Origin: an uncultured archaeon
Lineage (GTDB): Archaea; Iainarchaeota; Iainarchaeia; Iainarchaeales; CSSED10-239
Direction of reading: 5' to 3'
DNA: 5,781 nucleotides
NCBI GenBank assembly: GCA_964468895.1
Contig: CAYXWT010000017.1
Span: forward strand, 7,862-13,642
In this document: positions 3,360 through 5,781 of the stretch, in pieces
Numbering within the stretch: position 1 is the first letter of the stretch
Layout: every line of letters begins with the position of its first letter
Position numbers and translations under genes: made by a program
Notes under the pieces: generated by a model
Seen by the model: only the letters and a program-made list of their open reading frames with translations
Told to the model about the DNA's origin: nothing
The model's database searches: none

Positions 3360-5781
3360 TTATCTTTTTTTAATAGCATTTAAAATATAAGAATAATCTT
3401 CATTAAATTTTTTATTATCATTATTTGAATTCACGTTATTATCTAGACTAATTTTGTTAGTTGTAACTTCATCTTTTATAGAAGATTCATCTTTATTATC
3501 TTTTAAAACAGTTTTTGATTCTAGTAAAGAAGAATCTTTTTTTCCAAAATAAGAATTTACAGCTTGCTTAGTAGTAGGTTTAGTTAATTGTGCAGATTTC
3601 ATTTTATTAGCTTTAGAAACTATACTTAAAACTATAAGTAAAACTAATAAAAATATCATACCACCAATAATGTATATCAACAAAGTATAATTAATAGGAA
3701 TATCAAATATAATTTTATCAGAGCTTACTTCTCCACTAAGTATAATAGGATCTACAAACTGAATAGTATTAAAAGTTGTAATAACGTCTACATCAGTAAT
3801 TGGTTGTAACCTATTATATCTTAGTGAATCTAAAGAGTTTGCAGGAATAGTTACAGTATATTTTATTATTGGATCTTCAACTAATATCTCAACTTCTTTA
3901 TTAAATACTAAATCTTTAACATTATTTGCAAAACTTTTGGGAATATTTTCTACAACAGTAATAGTTTTAGGGCTATCACTATTATTTTTAATATTTAAAA
4001 TTGTGGAAAAATATTTTTTAGAATTAATTTCTTGAATTAAAAAGTTTCTATCATAACTAATAGCATTAGAATTATACAATTCATTTGTATCAACACTTAC
4101 ATTATAATCATTAGTGTAATATTTGATATTATTACTTAGATTAGAATCTATGTTTTTTGAAATACCTGTATTTTTGACTATACTTTCTTGAGGTAATCCT
4201 CCTTGTAATTCTAATAAAATATTACTTGCATCAATATAATTAGTTTTTGCAGAAGCATAATCTTCTAAATCATATTTATTTAGCGCAAGATCTCTTTTTT
4301 CTTTAGCTAAAATTAAACTTAGTTTATCGTTTTCATCTACTTCAATAAGTAGTTGTTCTAATTTAGAAATTTGAGGTTCAAGAATTCCAATTAAAGCATT
4401 TACACTTTCGCTAAATTCATCACACTCTAATTTTAATTCATCTATATTATTTATAACTAAATCTATAATTTTAGTAGTTACATTTAATGCAGAATCATAA
4501 GCTAGAACATATAATTTATAATTATTATCTTCAAATAATTTTGAATCAAATGAACAGTTAAAATCAGTATTTTCAAGAGCATTAAAATCAAATTCTTTTT
4601 TACAAACTTCATCATTATTATTTAACAAATATTGTATTCTAAATATATCTGAAGAAAAATTATTAATAAGTAAATTAATATTTCCATCTTCCATAACTGA
4701 ATAATTAAATTCAAAACTAGGTCTATTTGCATCTATTATTAAATCAAATTCATCAGTAGCATTTTCTAGACTTAAATTAGTACCTGTTATTTTTAAAGTT
4801 GCAAAACCACTTTCTTGAAAATTATAATCTAAAGTTGTAATTAAATCATTTTGAGTTACAGGTAAAGAAATATAATTTCCATAGTTAATGCTAATTTTAA
4901 CCGTTGGTAAAGAATTTAATTCTTCGTCAGAAGTAATAATTATTTGTTTTGTACCCTTACCAACATAAATAGTAGTATCTATTAAATTTGACGGAGCAAT
5001 ATTTAAACTAAACTTAGGACCAACCCTAGATGCTGAACCAAAAGCAGTAGAACTTAAACTAGAAGTGTTTTCTACTTCATCTAAAGCTAATACTTTAAAA
5101 TAAAAAGTGATATTATCGTTAGGATTATAAGTATAATATAAATCATCTATTTCAAAATATTCTGAATCTAAACTTACATCATCACTTTGAGAATAAAATA
5201 ATTTATAACTAACATCTGAATTATTATCTTCACTTTCAGCCCAACTTATTTTTAATGAACCATTGCTTAGTTCTTCAACTACAACATTTGAAGGGACATC
5301 TGGAGCAGTAGCATCATATTTGATATTATCAGAATCTTTTGAAGTTCTATTAGGATAATCATCTTCGCTTCTTATTTGAACATATATAGTTTTTGATTCT
5401 TGAGCAGTATCACAACCATTACCACTAGTAATATTAAAACTACTATAAATTTCAGAATCACCATCAACTTCAATCCAACTACTCCAAGAACTATCATTAC
5501 AACTAAACCTCATTTCATTTACATCTGAAGAAAAATTAACTTCAATTCGTGGTGTTGTTAAATTAGTATATTCATCTCCATTAGCAACTTCTATACTTAA
5601 TTCAGGACCAGAATATATATTACCTACTAATAGCTCACTTTGATTACCAGCTTTATCAACAGATATAACACCATAATAATATCTTTCACCTTCATCTTTT
5701 TCACTAGTATCTTCATATGTTAAAGTAGAAGTATCAGTAGTAGTATATATTTTTGTTTGAGTAGTAATTGTTGTAAAACTA
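3360..5781 (-). CDS. Large modular cell-surface protein (Fn3/Ig-like repeats, coiled coil, C-terminal TM anchor, cytoplasmic tail); 5'-partial, N-terminus lies beyond the right edge
   Basis: The 717-aa ORF in the track (3360-5513) continues in frame with no stop from 5514 to 5780, by hand translation: SFTTITTQTKIYTTTDTSTLTYEDTSEKDEGERYYYGVISVDKAGNQSELLVGNIYSGPELSIEVANGDEYTNLTTPRIEVNFSSDVNE then MRFSCNDSSW... The Met at 5513 sits inside a recognisable Ig-like module. The stop is TAA at 3362-3360. The domain logic is listed in the sub-features below. Confidence 0.9.
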   Translation of the reverse strand, partial: SFTTITTQTKIYTTTDTSTLTYEDTSEKDEGERYYYGVISVDKAGNQSELLVGNIYSGPELSIEVANGDEYTNLTTPRIEVNFSSDVNEMRFSCNDSSWSSWIEVDGDSEIYSSFNITSGNGCDTAQESKTIYVQIRSEDDYPNRTSKDSDNIKYDATAPDVPSNVVVEELSNGSLKISWAESEDNNSDVSYKLFYSQSDDVSLDSEYFEIDDLYYTYNPNDNITFYFKVLALDEVENTSSLSSTAFGSASRVGPKFSLNIAPSNLIDTTIYVGKGTKQIIITSDEELNSLPTVKISINYGNYISLPVTQNDLITTLDYNFQESGFATLKITGTNLSLENATDEFDLIIDANRPSFEFNYSVMEDGNINLLINNFSSDIFRIQYLLNNNDEVCKKEFDFNALENTDFNCSFDSKLFEDNNYKLYVLAYDSALNVTTKIIDLVINNIDELKLECDEFSESVNALIGILEPQISKLEQLLIEVDENDKLSLILAKEKRDLALNKYDLEDYASAKTNYIDASNILLELQGGLPQESIVKNTGISKNIDSNLSNNIKYYTNDYNVSVDTNELYNSNAISYDRNFLIQEINSKKYFSTILNIKNNSDSPKTITVVENIPKSFANNVKDLVFNKEVEILVEDPIIKYTVTIPANSLDSLRYNRLQPITDVDVITTFNTIQFVDPIILSGEVSSDKIIFDIPINYTLLIYIIGGMIFLLVLLIVLSIVSKANKMKSAQLTKPTTKQAVNSYFGKKDSSLLESKTVLKDNKDESSIKDEVTTNKISLDNNVNSNNDNKKFNEDYSYILNAIKKR
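3378..3385 (-). promoter_or_regulatory. Candidate internal TATA box for the reductase gene, embedded in the last codons of the upstream gene
   Basis: The minus strand reads TTTTAAAT from 3385 to 3378, starting exactly 28 nt upstream of the A of the reductase ATG (3357). This is the same spacing as the two intergenic boxes. It lies in the codons for I-L-N of the surface-protein tail. Confidence 0.4.
3618..3686 (-). other. Single predicted transmembrane helix of the surface protein
   Basis: Residues 610-632 of the 717-aa numbering, TLLIYIIGGMIFLLVLLIVLSIV, form 23 uninterrupted hydrophobic residues. They are followed directly by the basic stretch SKANKMK, which by the positive-inside rule places the tail in the cytoplasm. 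Confidence 0.8.
4200..4451 (-). other. Predicted alpha-helical / coiled-coil segment of the surface protein
   Basis: Residues about 355-438: NIDELKLECDEFSESVNALIGILEPQISKLEQLLIEVDENDKLSLILAKEKRDLALNKYDLEDYASAKTNYIDASNILLELQ. The segment is rich in E/K/L, has a heptad-like hydrophobic spacing and has almost no Pro or Gly. It contrasts with the beta-rich modules on either side. Confidence 0.6.
5049..5306 (-). other. Fibronectin type III-like module
   Basis: Residues 70-155: APDVPSNVVVEELSNGSLKISWAESEDNNSDVSYKLFYS...NITFYFKVLALDEVENTSSLS. It follows the Fn3 hallmark pattern: P-x-x-P-x-N-hydrophobic strand, conserved Trp, Y-x-hydrophobic-x-Y, and a terminal Y-x-hydrophobic-x-V-x-A-x-D-x-x-x-N-x-S. 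Confidence 0.7.
5307..5609 (-). other. Ig-like surface module containing the ORF-track Met
   Basis: GPELSIEVANGDEYTNLTTPRIEVNFSSDVNEMRFSCNDSSWSSWIEVDGDSEIYSSFNITSGNGCDTAQESKTIYVQIRSED...IKYDATA matches a repeat pattern I recognise from bacterial and archaeal surface proteins. That pattern is roughly yTn..v.l.l.a.da..MrfSndg..Ws.We....... L..g.G.ktvYvq... then D.t.P. I cannot name the family with certainty. Confidence 0.55.
5637..5781 (-). other. C-terminal part of a further Fn3/Ig-like module (truncated by the window edge)
   Basis: The Thr-rich strand region TTITTQTKIYTTTDTSTLTYEDTSEKDEGE is followed by RYYYGVISVDKAGNQS. This is the classic last strand of Fn3-like modules: Y-Y-Y-x-V-x-x-V-D-x-A-G-N-x-S. 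Confidence 0.6.

Noticed and set aside
3360-3686. Archaeosortase-type C-terminal sorting signal (PGF-CTERM and similar) on the surface protein
   Set aside because: Those signals consist of a short motif, a TM helix and only a few basic residues at the extreme C-terminus. Here no PGF- or PEF-like tripeptide precedes the helix (…FDIPINYT), and 85 residues follow it.
5511-5513. ATG at 5513 as the true start of the surface protein
   Set aside because: The frame is open for all 89 upstream codons to the window edge. The upstream translation contains a clear Fn3-type terminal strand (YYYGVISVDKAGNQS). The Met lies inside a conserved-looking module. The N-terminus MRFSCNDSSW has no signal peptide, which a surface protein would need.
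3687-5513. High density of N-x-S/T glycosylation sequons in the ectodomain (about 17 by my hand count)
   Set aside because: Asn, Ser and Thr are all very abundant in this protein because of the AT-rich codon bias. My rough expectation from composition is similar to the count, so I cannot claim enrichment.
1-5781. CRISPR array, transposase/IS ends, integrase, toxin-antitoxin pair or diversity-generating retroelement targeting the surface protein
   Set aside because: I saw no regularly spaced direct repeats, no terminal inverted repeats and no reverse-transcriptase or nuclease-like ORFs. I also saw no template/variable repeat pair. All sizeable ORFs are accounted for by housekeeping or envelope functions.

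Overview
This is a very AT-rich segment, roughly 20-25% G+C from hand-counting a few lines. It is compact and looks archaeal and mostly housekeeping. I see no clear defence, mobile or otherwise novel multi-gene system. Left to right: (1) the first 20 codons of a lysine-rich minus-strand gene that runs off the left edge; (2) a 323-bp divergent promoter region; (3) a plus-strand pair 14 nt apart, consisting of a NOL1/NOP2/Sun (RsmF/Trm4-like) RNA cytosine-C5 methyltransferase and a 160-aa protein that I tentatively read as a NIP7/PUA-like RNA-binding partner; (4) tRNA-Ile(GAT) on the minus strand and tRNA-Gln(TTG) on the plus strand, divergently arranged; (5) a minus-strand geranylgeranyl reductase family flavoprotein, typical of archaeal lipid saturation; (6) 2 nt upstream of it, a large modular cell-surface protein with Fn3/Ig-like modules, a coiled coil, a beta domain, one C-terminal TM helix and an 85-aa low-complexity tail. 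The reading frame of that surface protein stays open to the right edge of the window, so the ORF-track start at 5513 is an internal Met. The most solid pattern I read directly is a TTTTAAA(A/T) box starting exactly 28 nt upstream of three separate ATG codons (62, 386, 3357), with no Shine-Dalgarno sequence anywhere. This points to leaderless transcription. The most interesting object is the surface protein, a candidate envelope or adhesion protein of a low-GC, possibly DPANN-type, archaeon. All functional calls rest on motif recognition by eye, not on searches.
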